A stretch of 63,943 nt of DNA, counting the filler, from an uncultured bacterium (GTDB taxonomy: Bacteria > Latescibacterota > UBA2968): NCBI GenBank assembly GCA_964471275.1. It is 8 parts of 8 records of this genome, joined end to end, with 100 filler letters (N's around TTAATTAATTAA, not from the genome) between each part and the next. Parts side by side here need not be neighbours in the genome. Positions count along the whole stretch, not along the records: positions 26,013 to 34,481 come from CAYYGZ010000206.1; positions 34,582 to 43,028 come from CAYYGZ010000207.1; 6 more parts are not named here. One strand, given 5' to 3'. Under the pieces are notes generated by a model. It searched no databases. It saw only the letters and a program-made list of their open reading frames with translations, and was not told the origin of the DNA. Below, in pieces: positions 31,382 to 41,586 of this stretch. The stretch's first letter is position 1, and every line of letters starts with the position of its first letter. Made by a program: the position numbers and the translations under genes.

Positions 31382-32338
31382 ATGACTCCTCGTCAACGAT
31401 TCATTCACGCGCTCGAGCGCAAACCGCCCTGCGGACGTGTGCCCCACTTCGAGCTCGTCTTCTTCCTCACCATGGAGGCCTTTGGGCGCGTTCATCCGTC
31501 CCATCGACGCTACCATCAGTGGGATCAAATGACTGATTCCGAACGGGATCTCCATCGTGCCGACATGGCGGACCTCTACATCAAGACAGCCGAACGCTTC
31601 GAGCACGACGCCATCTTCCTTCATCCCAATCCCGGCAGTGAAGACGAGACCGTGCGACTGATCGACCTGGTCCGTCAGAAGACTGACGACCGCTACTACC
31701 TGATGCTCCACGGTGATGCCACCTACAGCATCCCGAACGGGTCGGACATGACCGAGTGGTCCGCAAAGTGCATCGAGAATCCGCAGGCCGTGAGGGATGA
31801 CGCTTTGCGTCGTATAGATGCTTCCCTCGAGAAAGGGCAGCGTCTTGCCAACCACGGTGGACTCGACGGCTTCGCTCTTTGTGCCGACTACTGCTTCAAC
31901 ACAGGACCCTTCCTTTCACCAGAATGGTTCGACGATTTCGTAACTCCCTACCTGGTCCGGCTCGTCGGCGGCTATCGGGAACAAGGGCACTACGTCATCA
32001 AGCATACCGACGGCAACATCATGCCGATCCTTGACTCGCTGCTGTCATCGAACCCGCACGCGCTGCACTCGCTCGATCCACAGGGCGAGATCGACATAGC
32101 CGAAATGAAGCGTGTCGCCGGCGACAGGATCTGTCTGATTGGGAACGTGAATTGCGGACTTCTGGACTCGGGAACAGACGAAGAAGCCGTCGAATCAGCT
32201 GAGTACGCGCTCACCCACGGCATGCCCGGCGGCGGATACATCTTCTCAACCAGCAACTGCATCTACACCGGGATGAGACTCGAGCGGTATGAACTGATCC
32301 TGGATGTGTGGCGTCGGATGGGAAACTATGCTACCTGA
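31382..32338 (+). CDS. Uroporphyrinogen decarboxylase (URO-D/MtaA)-family protein
   Basis: MTPRQRF..AL, DYCFNTGPFLSP, KHTDGNI, LIGNV, GGGYIFSTSNCI. Confidence 0.88.
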   Translation: MTPRQRFIHALERKPPCGRVPHFELVFFLTMEAFGRVHPSHRRYHQWDQMTDSERDLHRADMADLYIKTAERFEHDAIFLHPNPGSEDETVRLIDLVRQKTDDRYYLMLHGDATYSIPNGSDMTEWSAKCIENPQAVRDDALRRIDASLEKGQRLANHGGLDGFALCADYCFNTGPFLSPEWFDDFVTPYLVRLVGGYREQGHYVIKHTDGNIMPILDSLLSSNPHALHSLDPQGEIDIAEMKRVAGDRICLIGNVNCGLLDSGTDEEAVESAEYALTHGMPGGGYIFSTSNCIYTGMRLERYELILDVWRRMGNYAT

Positions 32339-32555
32339 TACACGAGTGGTCCACACCGGCGGCGTGTCCGCACCACCAGCCTGAGTGATTCGCACACCAT
32401 CTGCCCAGTCTCCTCACCGGAGCCCAAGTGTTGGTGGATCTTCCTCATCCATCAGAGCGAGCATTGAGCCACGTGGGGGATGCTCGGCAAGCATACCAGC
32501 ATCCGGGCAATCGACCTTAGGTAGCTGACAGATCGCGCACCCAACACGAGACGAC

Positions 32556-33488
32556 TTGAAGACGCCCTTTCCCAATTTCGATGATTTCAGATACTCAGAT
32601 GCCATCCCATATGAGGAGGGAGTTACGCGTCTAGATCCAAGTCCCGTGATCCAAGTCGATGACACCTACTTTGTCTGGTACTCGCGAACGCCAGAGTCGA
32701 CGGACGGATACTCCGCATCAATCTGGTTTGCCACGAGTCCTGACGGGATCACGTGGCAGGAGGCAGGCGAAGCCTTGCCGAAGGGTCCTAGGGATGCCTT
32801 CGACGCACACGCAGTATTCACGCCTACGATTCTGGTCACCCGCGAGCAATACCATCTGTTCTACACGGCAGTACCGGAGCCTTTTACGAATGACAACGGC
32901 GGACCTGGCGGAACACGAACGGCAATCGGTGTGGCCTCATCCGATTCACCTCGAGGCCCGTGGCATCGGTTGGCGGAACCGATATTGCGTCCAGATGATG
33001 ACCCTGATGCTTTCGACAGCATGCGCATCGATGACACGTGTCTCATCGTGCGTGGTGGTGAATACTGGATGTACTACAAGGGGCGTCAGATGAATCATAG
33101 TCCTCAAGAAACCAGGATGGGACTTGCCATTTCCCCGCTGCCGACCGGGCCCTACGTGAAACACCGCGAAAATCCGGTATTGGACAGCGGTCACGAGGTC
33201 TGTGTCTGGCCACACGGGAACGGCATCGGCTGCCTGGTGAGTAGCGTTGGTCCACAGGGCAACACATTGCAGTACAGTGACGACGGCGTCGATTTCCGCA
33301 AAATTGCCGACGCGGTTCCATCCCACGCGCCTGGTCCCTTCAGGGCCGACGGATTCATTGAGGATAGGGGACCGGGTATGACCTGGGGCGTGTCCATGAT
33401 ACACCATCCGGTCTGGCCCTACCTTGTGTATTTTCACTGTGATCTGACGTCCGGCGAGACGACCGGATTCGACGACACGGGCGACTGA
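32556..33488 (+). CDS. Five-bladed beta-propeller glycoside hydrolase (GH117/GH43-like)
   Basis: DPSPVI, WFATSPDG, VFTP, YYKGR, GPYVK..NPV..SGHEVCVWP, NTLQYS.DG. Confidence 0.8.
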   Translation: MKTPFPNFDDFRYSDAIPYEEGVTRLDPSPVIQVDDTYFVWYSRTPESTDGYSASIWFATSPDGITWQEAGEALPKGPRDAFDAHAVFTPTILVTREQYHLFYTAVPEPFTNDNGGPGGTRTAIGVASSDSPRGPWHRLAEPILRPDDDPDAFDSMRIDDTCLIVRGGEYWMYYKGRQMNHSPQETRMGLAISPLPTGPYVKHRENPVLDSGHEVCVWPHGNGIGCLVSSVGPQGNTLQYSDDGVDFRKIADAVPSHAPGPFRADGFIEDRGPGMTWGVSMIHHPVWPYLVYFHCDLTSGETTGFDDTGD

Positions 33489-33641
33489 AAGGGTCGGCGA
33501 CTCCCCACGGTCGCCAACATTCCTTCCTCCCAATGACGCCGACAATACACGCGACCAGGAGAACTGATCCGGGGAATCGACCCACCGCTCTCCCGCATCT
33601 ACATCTCTGGCAAACCAGTTCACCCCCCTGAAGAGGCGATA

Positions 33642-34481
33642 ATGCAAACCTCAGCGACCCAGATGAAGAGTGGGTTCCTCGATGTTCCCCGTATCGATGT
33701 CCATACTCACGTCTCCGGCGACACAGAATGCATCGGCTACTATCACACCGTGCGAGAGATCATGCTCAGGAAGCACGGGGAAGATCTGGCTTTCTGGTTG
33801 AATCTGGGTGATCGAGACCTCACGATCGATGACTACGATGCCGTAATGGCCGCCAGCAAAGGGAGATCTCTCTGCACCCTTTCAGACTATGATTCGCACA
33901 AGGGTCTGTCGTTTGATGCCAATGAACTGACATCATACATCGACAAGGGGTACGTGGGCTATAAGATCTGGTATGGCCCCTGGTATCGCCGTCTTGAGTC
34001 GGACGAAGCAGGATTCCGATATATCGATGATTCTGCACACGAGCCCATCTTCGCCGCGATGGAGAAGCACGGTGTTGTGGCTGCATCGACGCATATCGCC
34101 GACCCAAACGGGCCCCACGGGAACAGGACGCCCTGGTGCAGTGACCCCGTGGAGTTCTGGAACGAAATACTGGCGTGGCGCCGCGTACTGGAGCGCCATC
34201 CTGGCCTAACTGTCGTAGCCGCTCACGGCAACTGGCTGGTATGCCAGGACGCCCAGCTCGATTTTCTCCGGAACCTGTTTGCCACCTTTCCGCTCTTCCA
34301 CGTTGATCTTGCCGCAACCTTTCAGTATTTCTCGATGGTGGATCGTGATAACCTGCGAGACCTTATGATTGAGTGGCCCGAGCGTATACTTTTCGGCACC
34401 GATATCAGTCGGTGGGAGGAAGCAGCTGACTGCGAAAGCTATGCCGACCGCTACCACCGCTGCTTTCAGATTCTGGAAACC
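33642..34481 (+). CDS. Amidohydrolase family protein (3' truncated)
   Basis: IDVHTH, GYKI, HIADP, RHPGLTVVAAH, RILFGTD. Confidence 0.85.
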
Positions 34482-34581
34482 NNNNNNNNNNNNNNNNNNN
34501 NNNNNNNNNNNNNNNNNNNNNNNNNTTAATTAATTAANNNNNNNNNNNNNNNNNNNNNNNNNNNNNNNNNNNNNNNNNNNN

Positions 34582-36166
34582 CTTCGATCCCGTCATTGGT
34601 GCTGAATATGTGGTGTGCCCTGACCTGCCGCGCCGCCGAAATCCGATCCTGATCAAGGCTGACCTGACGCATTAGCGAGGGTTCGGTGATGTTGCCCGTC
34701 GGTGCTAGAAGCAGTGCAGACTGCAGGGGGACAAGCCCGTCATTGGCATCGTAGTTGATGATCGTTGCTCCTTCGAACAAATCGCTCACTGTGTGTGCGA
34801 GCAGTCGATTTCCCAAGCTCAGCAGATTGTGATCACGATCTCCCTCATCCAGGTGGACTTCCAGCCATTCACGAGCATCCGACGAACCGGGCAGGGACAG
34901 CACGATCTGTACTGCGGAAATCAGGTTCTGTAGGAGGCTCGACGGCTCTTTCCTGTGTGCACCGATCGTAACGATTCGATCTCTGAATGCAATCCCATCT
35001 TCGCCAGGCGTGTTGAGTCCGGCGAGAGTGCCGAACCTCTTCTTGTATACATCGTGATACACGATGGACACGTCGTTGTCTGCCGTGGCGTCCACGTTCA
35101 GGTCCGCTGGGCTCACATCGACCTGGTCTGTCCTGTCGAATACCGTCTGCCTCGACCTGTAGCCAGAATCGCGCACGGCCAGGTCATAATTGTCCCACGC
35201 CAGGTTTGCATCTCCGACGAGGTCTGTCTCGAACAGCAGACCCTCCGATCCAACCAGGAGGCGAAAGAACAGTTCCCCACCCGGCACGTCTCCCCAGGCC
35301 TCGCGCCAGATTGCTCCTGCCCAGTCGGCTACTGCCAGTGGGGATCCGTGGTGCGGTGTACCGAGCGTGACCAGACCCAGGACGTGATCGCCGTATCGCG
35401 TTCCATCGGGTTGTGTTCTGCCCATAAGGGATCGAACGACAAGCCCTCCTCGGCTGTGCGCGATGAACACAGGTGTGAAGTCTGAATACGAGGCAGAAAG
35501 CTCCGTGAGGCTGTCGTAGAGATCCTGGGCGTTGCCACTTCTGCCGTCGAAGCCGATCGGTTTTCGCGTGTCGTGGTCCCAGATATGGATGTCGAATTCG
35601 GCGAACTGGCTGGGGCTCTCGCGCACGTGATCGAGGAATGTGTTCCAGCGTGTGAACAGACCTGGGCCCGACCGTCCGTGGACCAGGATCAAGGGAATGC
35701 CGTCGCCCTTTGTGTGCAGAAGATCAGGGGTATCCTGGAACGAAGGTGCTCTAGGCTCGACGGATAGGACGATCGTCGTGTCGGAGCCCAAGTAGGCGCC
35801 AGTGGCAGGGAAAGCGACGTGGACGGTAATGGATGATGTTCGGCCTGGGAGATACAGGATTTCGGAGCCACCCGATGCTCCGGTGATCGTGTTCAGGTCG
35901 GATGATCCGTTCAGGAATCCATTCCAGCTGCCTGCTTCCAGATCCTGGAACAAGAGCGTTTGGTTGGGAAGAGGAATGTGGGCGCTGTCAGTAAGAGTGA
36001 CGGTAAACCGGATTGGGATTTCTGCGGTCGCTTCACTCTCTATGGCGATCGACAGGTGTGTGGGGATCTGGGCGTAGGCGAATCCGGTGCAGAGGCGGAA
36101 GATCGGCCAGATCACAAGTAGGATGAAGTGTGTCATCGGGTAAGTGTTCTGCGAATCGTGTGCCAA
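34582..36166 (-). CDS. Secreted alpha/beta hydrolase (PGAP1/lipase-like) with N-terminal Ig-like domain (3' truncated)
   Basis: Signal peptide; LILVHG, IAHSRGGLV nucleophile elbow, TLGTPHHGSP, NDGLVP. Confidence 0.8.
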
Positions 36167-36190
36167 GGAGTGACAGCCCCGCCCGCGGTT

Positions 36191-37207
36191 TCACTGTTCC
36201 AGATGCAGATTCGCTTTGACTGAGAGCGAATAACGACCCGCCGCCTTTATCGCCCCAACCATCCCGCGTTCGCCCGCGATGCCCTTTCCTGCGATGTCGA
36301 AGGCGGTACCATGGTCGACGGACGTGCGGAGGAATCGTAGTCCCATGGTGAGGCTGACGGTGCCGTGGAAGTCGAGAGTCTTGGCGGCGATATGGCCCTG
36401 GTCGTGGTAGAGCGACAGGACGCCATCGTACTTGCCTTCGGCGGTCTGGTGGAAGACGGAGTCGGCGGGAACAGGGCCTGCCACGTTCATGCCCTGTTCC
36501 CTGGCAGCTTTGACAGCGGGCCCGATGACATCCATTTCGTCATCACCAAACATGCCCTGTTCGCCGCCGTGTGGGTTGAGGGCAGCGATAGCCAGGTATG
36601 GGTTCTGTATCCCAAGCTGCCGGAGGTAGAGGTTGCAGAGCGGTGCGGCCTTGAGGATCCCCTCTTGCGTGATGGCGTCCGGAATCTGGCGAAAGGAGAT
36701 GTGTCGCGTGAGAAAGAAGATTCTGAGCGCGCGGACGAGGAACAGTGTCATCGGCTCTCGCAGGGCGGCTTTTGCCTTGAGCGCCGCCGTGTGGTCTATG
36801 TACGGAGCTCTGGCCGCCCGGAGTGACTCCTTGTTCAGTGGGGCGGTGGCGACACCGTCCACAGCTTCTGTCAGAGCGGCGTCCGTGGCCTGATCGAGGT
36901 AGCCTAATCCAGCACGGCCTCCCTCCGCTGATATTTCTCCGTAGGGTACGGGTTCGCTCAGGATGCCGGTGTCAATGAAGTCGATGGTACCGACCTGGAA
37001 GCGACCCCTGGATGGAGACGGAATTTCGTTGAGGTCGATCGCCGCATTCAGGTCCGACAGAGAACGCTCGAGGACACAGCGGTCGCCGTAGACGACAGGT
37101 TTCGAAACTTCGTAGGCGGTACGGTCGGACAGCGCCTTGACGATGATCTCCGGGCCGATCCCGGCGGGATCGCCCAGGGTGAGACCGATCAGGGGTTTAT
37201 CATTCAT
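36191..37207 (-). CDS. pdxA: 4-hydroxythreonine-4-phosphate dehydrogenase PdxA family
   Basis: GDPAGIGPEI, TAPLNK, LNPHGGE, YHDQGHI, RTSVDHGTAFDIAG. Confidence 0.93.
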   Translation of the reverse strand: MNDKPLIGLTLGDPAGIGPEIIVKALSDRTAYEVSKPVVYGDRCVLERSLSDLNAAIDLNEIPSPSRGRFQVGTIDFIDTGILSEPVPYGEISAEGGRAGLGYLDQATDAALTEAVDGVATAPLNKESLRAARAPYIDHTAALKAKAALREPMTLFLVRALRIFFLTRHISFRQIPDAITQEGILKAAPLCNLYLRQLGIQNPYLAIAALNPHGGEQGMFGDDEMDVIGPAVKAAREQGMNVAGPVPADSVFHQTAEGKYDGVLSLYHDQGHIAAKTLDFHGTVSLTMGLRFLRTSVDHGTAFDIAGKGIAGERGMVGAIKAAGRYSLSVKANLHLEQ

Positions 37208-37346
37208 TGGATCTCCAGATGAAGAGGCGCTCCAGAAGAGCGGGAACGTTCCAGGCCCAAGAGGGCGAAGGGCAAACTTGCCACCAAGAGCGCCAGGCGC
37301 ACCGTGAGAAGCAAGAACAGGCCGCGGAGAACGCGAAAGGCGTCTC

Positions 37347-38015
37347 TCAGGCTGTGATGGAGCGGTAGGTGCAGGTCTGGGGGAAGTGCGTGACCGGGAT
37401 GTCAGGGAAGGTGTTGTCGATATACTCAGCCCGCTTGACGATGCCAGGCTATTCCGAGACGCAATGGTTGACGATGATCAAAGGGTAACCCGAGTCGGCG
37501 GACTTCTCCCCATCTATCCAGGCACGCACCACATCATCGATCGAGATTTCCAGCTCAGACGTCCTCGAGGCGATGCGGGCAGCGAACGTGGAAGCCGGCT
37601 GGGGTTCGATATCGTAGACGTTGTAATAGTGTTCCGATTCTCTAGGCGCTCCCAGGCCGAGATACTCTCCCCAGGCGTAGGGCATGCCGATGTCGGGGAT
37701 CGCGTCCCAGACATCGTGGCAGCGGACGATCGTGATGTAGTGCTCATCCAGCCACGCACGTTTGCGAACTGTTTCGGAAGATCCGGCGTCAGGATCGTCC
37801 ATGTCACGGTGACCGTAAAAGGTCGGCTCGTGGGTGACCAGGACGCTCGCGCCCCTGTCGAAGGCCTGCTGGATGGTCTTCTAATAAGGCATCCAGGCTA
37901 AGGCAATACCGGTAATGGTTCGCTCCGGATCGCCATAGATGACCCGGTCGACGGTGTCCGCTTTGATGTCGGGATAGAGACCATTCAGATGGTCGTTCAG
38001 TTCAGATGGGGTCAT
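37347..38015 (-). pseudogene. Nif3-like dinuclear metal-centre protein pseudogene
   Basis: DTVDRVIYGDP..ITGIALAWMPY*K...VTHEPTFY...RCHDVWD...NHCVSE*PG; in-frame TAG at 37881-83 and 37449-51; appears internally shortened. Confidence 0.82.
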
Positions 38016-38075
38016 TTGGTGACCTCAGAAGACGGGTAGTAGACCGGACGTGTTCTCCGACGACCTGCTTACGAA

Positions 38076-38594
38076 TCATTGCAGCGACTTCTGGTAGAGG
38101 GCCGTGCTGTAGAACTCATATGAGGCGGCTTTGTCCGGAACATCGACCAAATGGACGGTGAAGCGTGCGGGAACACCGTTTTCCGGCAGGTGATCGCGGA
38201 AGTAACCCCGATACGCTTCGGCGTAGTCTTTCTTCAGCTGGTCCTGGGCGTCAGCGAAGCCGCGGGGGTCAACGAGCGGGTTGGGGCTCTTGGGTTGGCA
38301 GCCGAATGCGTGGAGTTCGATGAAATCGATCTGTGTGAGCGACTCACAGATGCCGGCATCCTTCAGCCAGAGCTCCCAGGATTGGAACACGAGGGGTATC
38401 TCGCGTAACGGGTCCATCTCGACAAGCTCTTCGAGGTCGAGAACGCCTTTGGCAGAGTATCCCCCCGTCAGGCCAGCGAAATGGATCTTGAGATCACCGT
38501 CCGGCTGCTTTTCCGTGACGAGGGCCGAGAGAACGGGATGATCGCCCGTGTAGTAGTAGATCAGCTTACCGCGTTTCTTGACGTTGAATGCCAT
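38076..38594 (-). CDS. Hypothetical protein, remote RidA/YjgF-like fold
   Basis: GGAG RBS; C-terminal YAEAYRGYF....PARFTV...VP....EFYSTA pattern resembles the RidA C-terminus. Confidence 0.55.
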   Translation of the reverse strand: MAFNVKKRGKLIYYYTGDHPVLSALVTEKQPDGDLKIHFAGLTGGYSAKGVLDLEELVEMDPLREIPLVFQSWELWLKDAGICESLTQIDFIELHAFGCQPKSPNPLVDPRGFADAQDQLKKDYAEAYRGYFRDHLPENGVPARFTVHLVDVPDKAASYEFYSTALYQKSLQ

Positions 38595-38868
38595 GGTGTT
38601 CTCCGCGGGATTCCGGTCGTGTCTTCAATGTCAGGATCAGACGAGAATCTTGTGATCGTCTTCCGAACCAGCCGAAGAAGGCGGCCAGAACGATCCGGAC
38701 GAATGGGTGAAGGGGGAATGCCGCGATGAATTGTGGACGCCTGAAAGGACATACGGGATGGGGCACTTGCTGTCCAGTTTCGCAGGAGCCTACCCAAACT
38801 AACACTGCAATGATATAAGATCAGGATCCGTCACTGCACAAGTGACAAGCTGTCCTCTGCGACGTGTC

Positions 38869-40542
38869 CTAGTTGTAGGCGGTGGGTTTCATGTCCTGGA
38901 GGACCATCTGGAGGTTGGTGCGGCCGTTCCAGGTTCGCGCTTCGAGAGTGAAGGCGAGATCAACGATGTCGCCGCGGTTGAGTTCGTAGACGAGCTCACC
39001 CTCTCGCCACCAGATCGCTTCGCAGCGTGTTTTGCCTGTCTGTATCTGCATCTTCAGATGTGCGGCATCTTGACCGACAGTATCGATCCTGTCCAACCGA
39101 CACTGCACGGCCGCGAATTTCGGGGGTTCGTTCTGGACGCCGAAGGGCGCGAAGGCTTCGAGGTCTTCGACCGTCTTCAACGAGATATCTTCCGGTCGGA
39201 GCGTGAGATCGAGGTCGAGGCACGGGGTCAGGTCTGCATCAGAGAGATGCTCGTCCGCGTCAGCGATGATCTGTTCCCGGAAGGCATCGAAATCCTGGGG
39301 CAGGAGTGAGAAACCGGCCGCGTCGGCGTGCCCGCCGTATTCCGTGAGGTGATCTGACGCACGGAAGATGCCCTCGACGATGTTGTAGCCGCCTGCCGAA
39401 CGTGCGGAACCGACGAATGTGTCGCCCTTTGCGCCGGACACGGCAATAACCGGCTGGTTGTACCGCTCCTTCAGGCGGCCGGCAATGAGACCGATGACCC
39501 CCAGATGCCAGTCGTCGCCCTTGACCACCACTATTCGCTGATCGGCCAAACCGAGCTCGACAACCTGCCGCTCCGCATCCTCGATCCCAACCTGCTGGAG
39601 CTCCCGTCGCTGCAGATTCAGCCCATTCAGTTCTTCCGCGAGCCTGGTCGCATCGGTCGGATTCGCCGCGCGGAGCAGGTTCAGGGCAACATACGCACTC
39701 CGAATCCGGCCCGCACTGTTGATCCTCGGTCCCAGGAAGAACCCGATCGATGTGGAGTCGATCTTCCCTTTGGTGCTCGATATCGCCTTCAAGGCTCGAA
39801 TCCCAGGTCTTGCCGACTTCTCGAGCACCTGCATGCCGCGGCGTGTGAGGATTCGATTCTCGCCCATCATCGGGGCCATGTCGGCCACTGTGCCTAGTGC
39901 CACGAATTCCAGGATGCCGTTGAGGTAGCTGCGACGTTCCTTGTCCTGGAGGAACCGTTCCGAGAGTGCCTGTATGGCTTTGAACGCTACACCGACTGCA
40001 GCCAGTCCCTTGAACGGGTATTCGCAATCGGTCCGGTTCGGGTTGATCACTGCATGGGCAACGGGGAGCCTGTCCTGGGGATGATGGTGATCGATCACGA
40101 CTACGTCGACGCCCACACCCTGAGCCTTCTCTATCGCGTCAAACGCCGATATTCCGTTGTCTGCGGTAATGATTAGCTTAGTGCCGTCGGCAATGGCGCT
40201 TTCGACGGTAGACGTCTTCATCCCATAGCCGTCCCTGTATCGGTCTGGAAGGAGCGGGTGTGCGTTGGCTGCGGTCGTATCCAGAAAATCCAGGATCAAC
40301 GCCGTGCTGGTTACGCCATCGACATCATAGTCCCCGAACACCGTGATTCGCTCGCCTCCCCGCACCGCGGCTTCAATGCGGGAAATGCCCTTTTCCATGT
40401 CGTGCATCAGAAAGGGGTCGTGGAGGTGCTCGGTGGAGTTGTCGATCTGGCCGCTGGTCAGGTTGCGGTTTGAGAGGTAGACATCCTGAATAGACTCGTA
40501 TGAGCCGGGATGTCTGATGTTCCAAATGGGATAGCGGTGCAT
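38869..40542 (-). CDS. recJ: Single-stranded-DNA-specific exonuclease RecJ
   Basis: GDYDVDG, ITADNG, IDHH, LGTVAD, PRINSAGR, GSARS, GGHADAAG, PFGVQN. Confidence 0.96.
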   Translation of the reverse strand: MHRYPIWNIRHPGSYESIQDVYLSNRNLTSGQIDNSTEHLHDPFLMHDMEKGISRIEAAVRGGERITVFGDYDVDGVTSTALILDFLDTTAANAHPLLPDRYRDGYGMKTSTVESAIADGTKLIITADNGISAFDAIEKAQGVGVDVVVIDHHHPQDRLPVAHAVINPNRTDCEYPFKGLAAVGVAFKAIQALSERFLQDKERRSYLNGILEFVALGTVADMAPMMGENRILTRRGMQVLEKSARPGIRALKAISSTKGKIDSTSIGFFLGPRINSAGRIRSAYVALNLLRAANPTDATRLAEELNGLNLQRRELQQVGIEDAERQVVELGLADQRIVVVKGDDWHLGVIGLIAGRLKERYNQPVIAVSGAKGDTFVGSARSAGGYNIVEGIFRASDHLTEYGGHADAAGFSLLPQDFDAFREQIIADADEHLSDADLTPCLDLDLTLRPEDISLKTVEDLEAFAPFGVQNEPPKFAAVQCRLDRIDTVGQDAAHLKMQIQTGKTRCEAIWWREGELVYELNRGDIVDLAFTLEARTWNGRTNLQMVLQDMKPTAYN

Positions 40543-40556
40543 TTTTTCGCGTTCTA

Positions 40557-40585
40557 CTAAAGATAGCTCAAGTAATTGCCGATAT
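40557..40585 (+). promoter_or_regulatory. sigma28/SigD-type promoter (+)
   Basis: CTAAA, 16 nt, GCCGATAT. Confidence 0.7.
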
Positions 40586-40591
40586 CGTTGA

Positions 40592-40935
40592 GTAGGGGGG
40601 ATTGCCACCCCGCCTCTCGATCGCACGAATGCTTCTCCCGATCGGTGAGCCGTCTGCTAGCGGAGCTCACGGCAAGCGGAATAGAAAGTAGGTGAGTATA
40701 ACCTGATTTCTGGGGAGAAGAGCGGAGTTGGCAACAAAAGAGGTGGAGAAGCCGCCCTCAATAAACAGGCTTCAACGCTTTATCCTGAAATCTCGGAGGG
40801 GATAAGGCGTCTGGTGTCATAGGCCCGTGGAGCAATGCGACACCGCTTGGTCAGAGCCCCTTTCTTCGAAGTTACTCACTTCGAGGAGGGGGGCAAACTT
40901 TTTCTGTTTAGGAGAGGTCGGACTTCTCCACCCGT
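40592..40935. ncRNA. Candidate structured non-coding RNA(s): two multi-branched domains
   Basis: Domain 1 (40602-40734) and domain 2 (40742-40932) each have a closing stem and internal hairpins; no credible ORF; bounded by convergent sigma28-type promoters. Confidence 0.6.
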
Positions 40936-40939
40936 TTAA

Positions 40940-40967
40940 GTATCGGCATCGGTGGGGAAACCTTTAG
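40940..40967 (-). promoter_or_regulatory. sigma28/FliA-type promoter (-)
   Basis: Minus strand CTAAA, 15 nt, GCCGATAC; predicted start near 40933 coincides with the end of the structured domain. Confidence 0.7.
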
Positions 40968-41166
40968 GCGGGGAGGCGCCTGGGGGCACGGGGGTGGCGG
41001 GACCTGGCTTCCTACTCTAGAAGACCCACGGAGTGATTCCTGGAATTCGCTTAGAGAGATGGATAATGTGGTGTTGCCTGTGCCTGCCTCGTCCTCTTTG
41101 TCTTCCCAGACGTATATTGAGGTTATCTCACACCTATATAATGAAAGAACTACAGAGGCATGCTAT

Positions 41167-41568
41167 ATGATCCAGATGATTCTTGCGGAAGACGGTGTTG
41201 TGGCAATGGGATTGGGTGGAGCGCTTCTGGATAAGGAGGATCTGAAAATCCAGGTGGTATCGGATGGCAGGTCGCTTCTCGATCGGTTGAACGAGGCGCC
41301 GAACTTCTTCCACGCGGTCGTGATGCGGTACGATCTGCCTGAAATCGACGGTCCGGAGTGCCTGAAGTTCATCAGACAGTTCCACGAGCGGGTATGTGTG
41401 CTGGTTCTGTCGGACTCAACTGAGCCGGAGAGACTCGAGAAACTCGCGGGGTTGGGCGTGCGGCGGAAATACGTGATGGATCGTGCAGAAGATACAAAGC
41501 AGATTGCTGCGTGGATCGATTTCACACTGGGCGAAGCGGGGTTGGATGGGAAGCAGAGGCCAGATTAG
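41167..41568 (+). CDS. Single-domain response-regulator receiver (atypical)
   Basis: ILAEDG, DGRSLL, VVMRYDLPEIDGPECL, VLVLS; Arg at the phosphoacceptor position. Confidence 0.75.
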   Translation: MIQMILAEDGVVAMGLGGALLDKEDLKIQVVSDGRSLLDRLNEAPNFFHAVVMRYDLPEIDGPECLKFIRQFHERVCVLVLSDSTEPERLEKLAGLGVRRKYVMDRAEDTKQIAAWIDFTLGEAGLDGKQRPD

Positions 41569-41586
41569 GCACTCGCCCGCCCCAGG

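Noticed and set aside
38640..38800. Glycine riboswitch (CCGAAGAAG and CTTTCAGG words)
   Set aside because: The two words lie on opposite strands and the aptamer cannot be assembled
40592..40935. Identification of the structured region as RNase P RNA, tmRNA, SRP or canonical 6S
   Set aside because: No GAGGAAAGTCC P4 motif, tRNA-like ends or SRP loop, and it is multi-branched rather than a single rod; left unassigned pending cmscan
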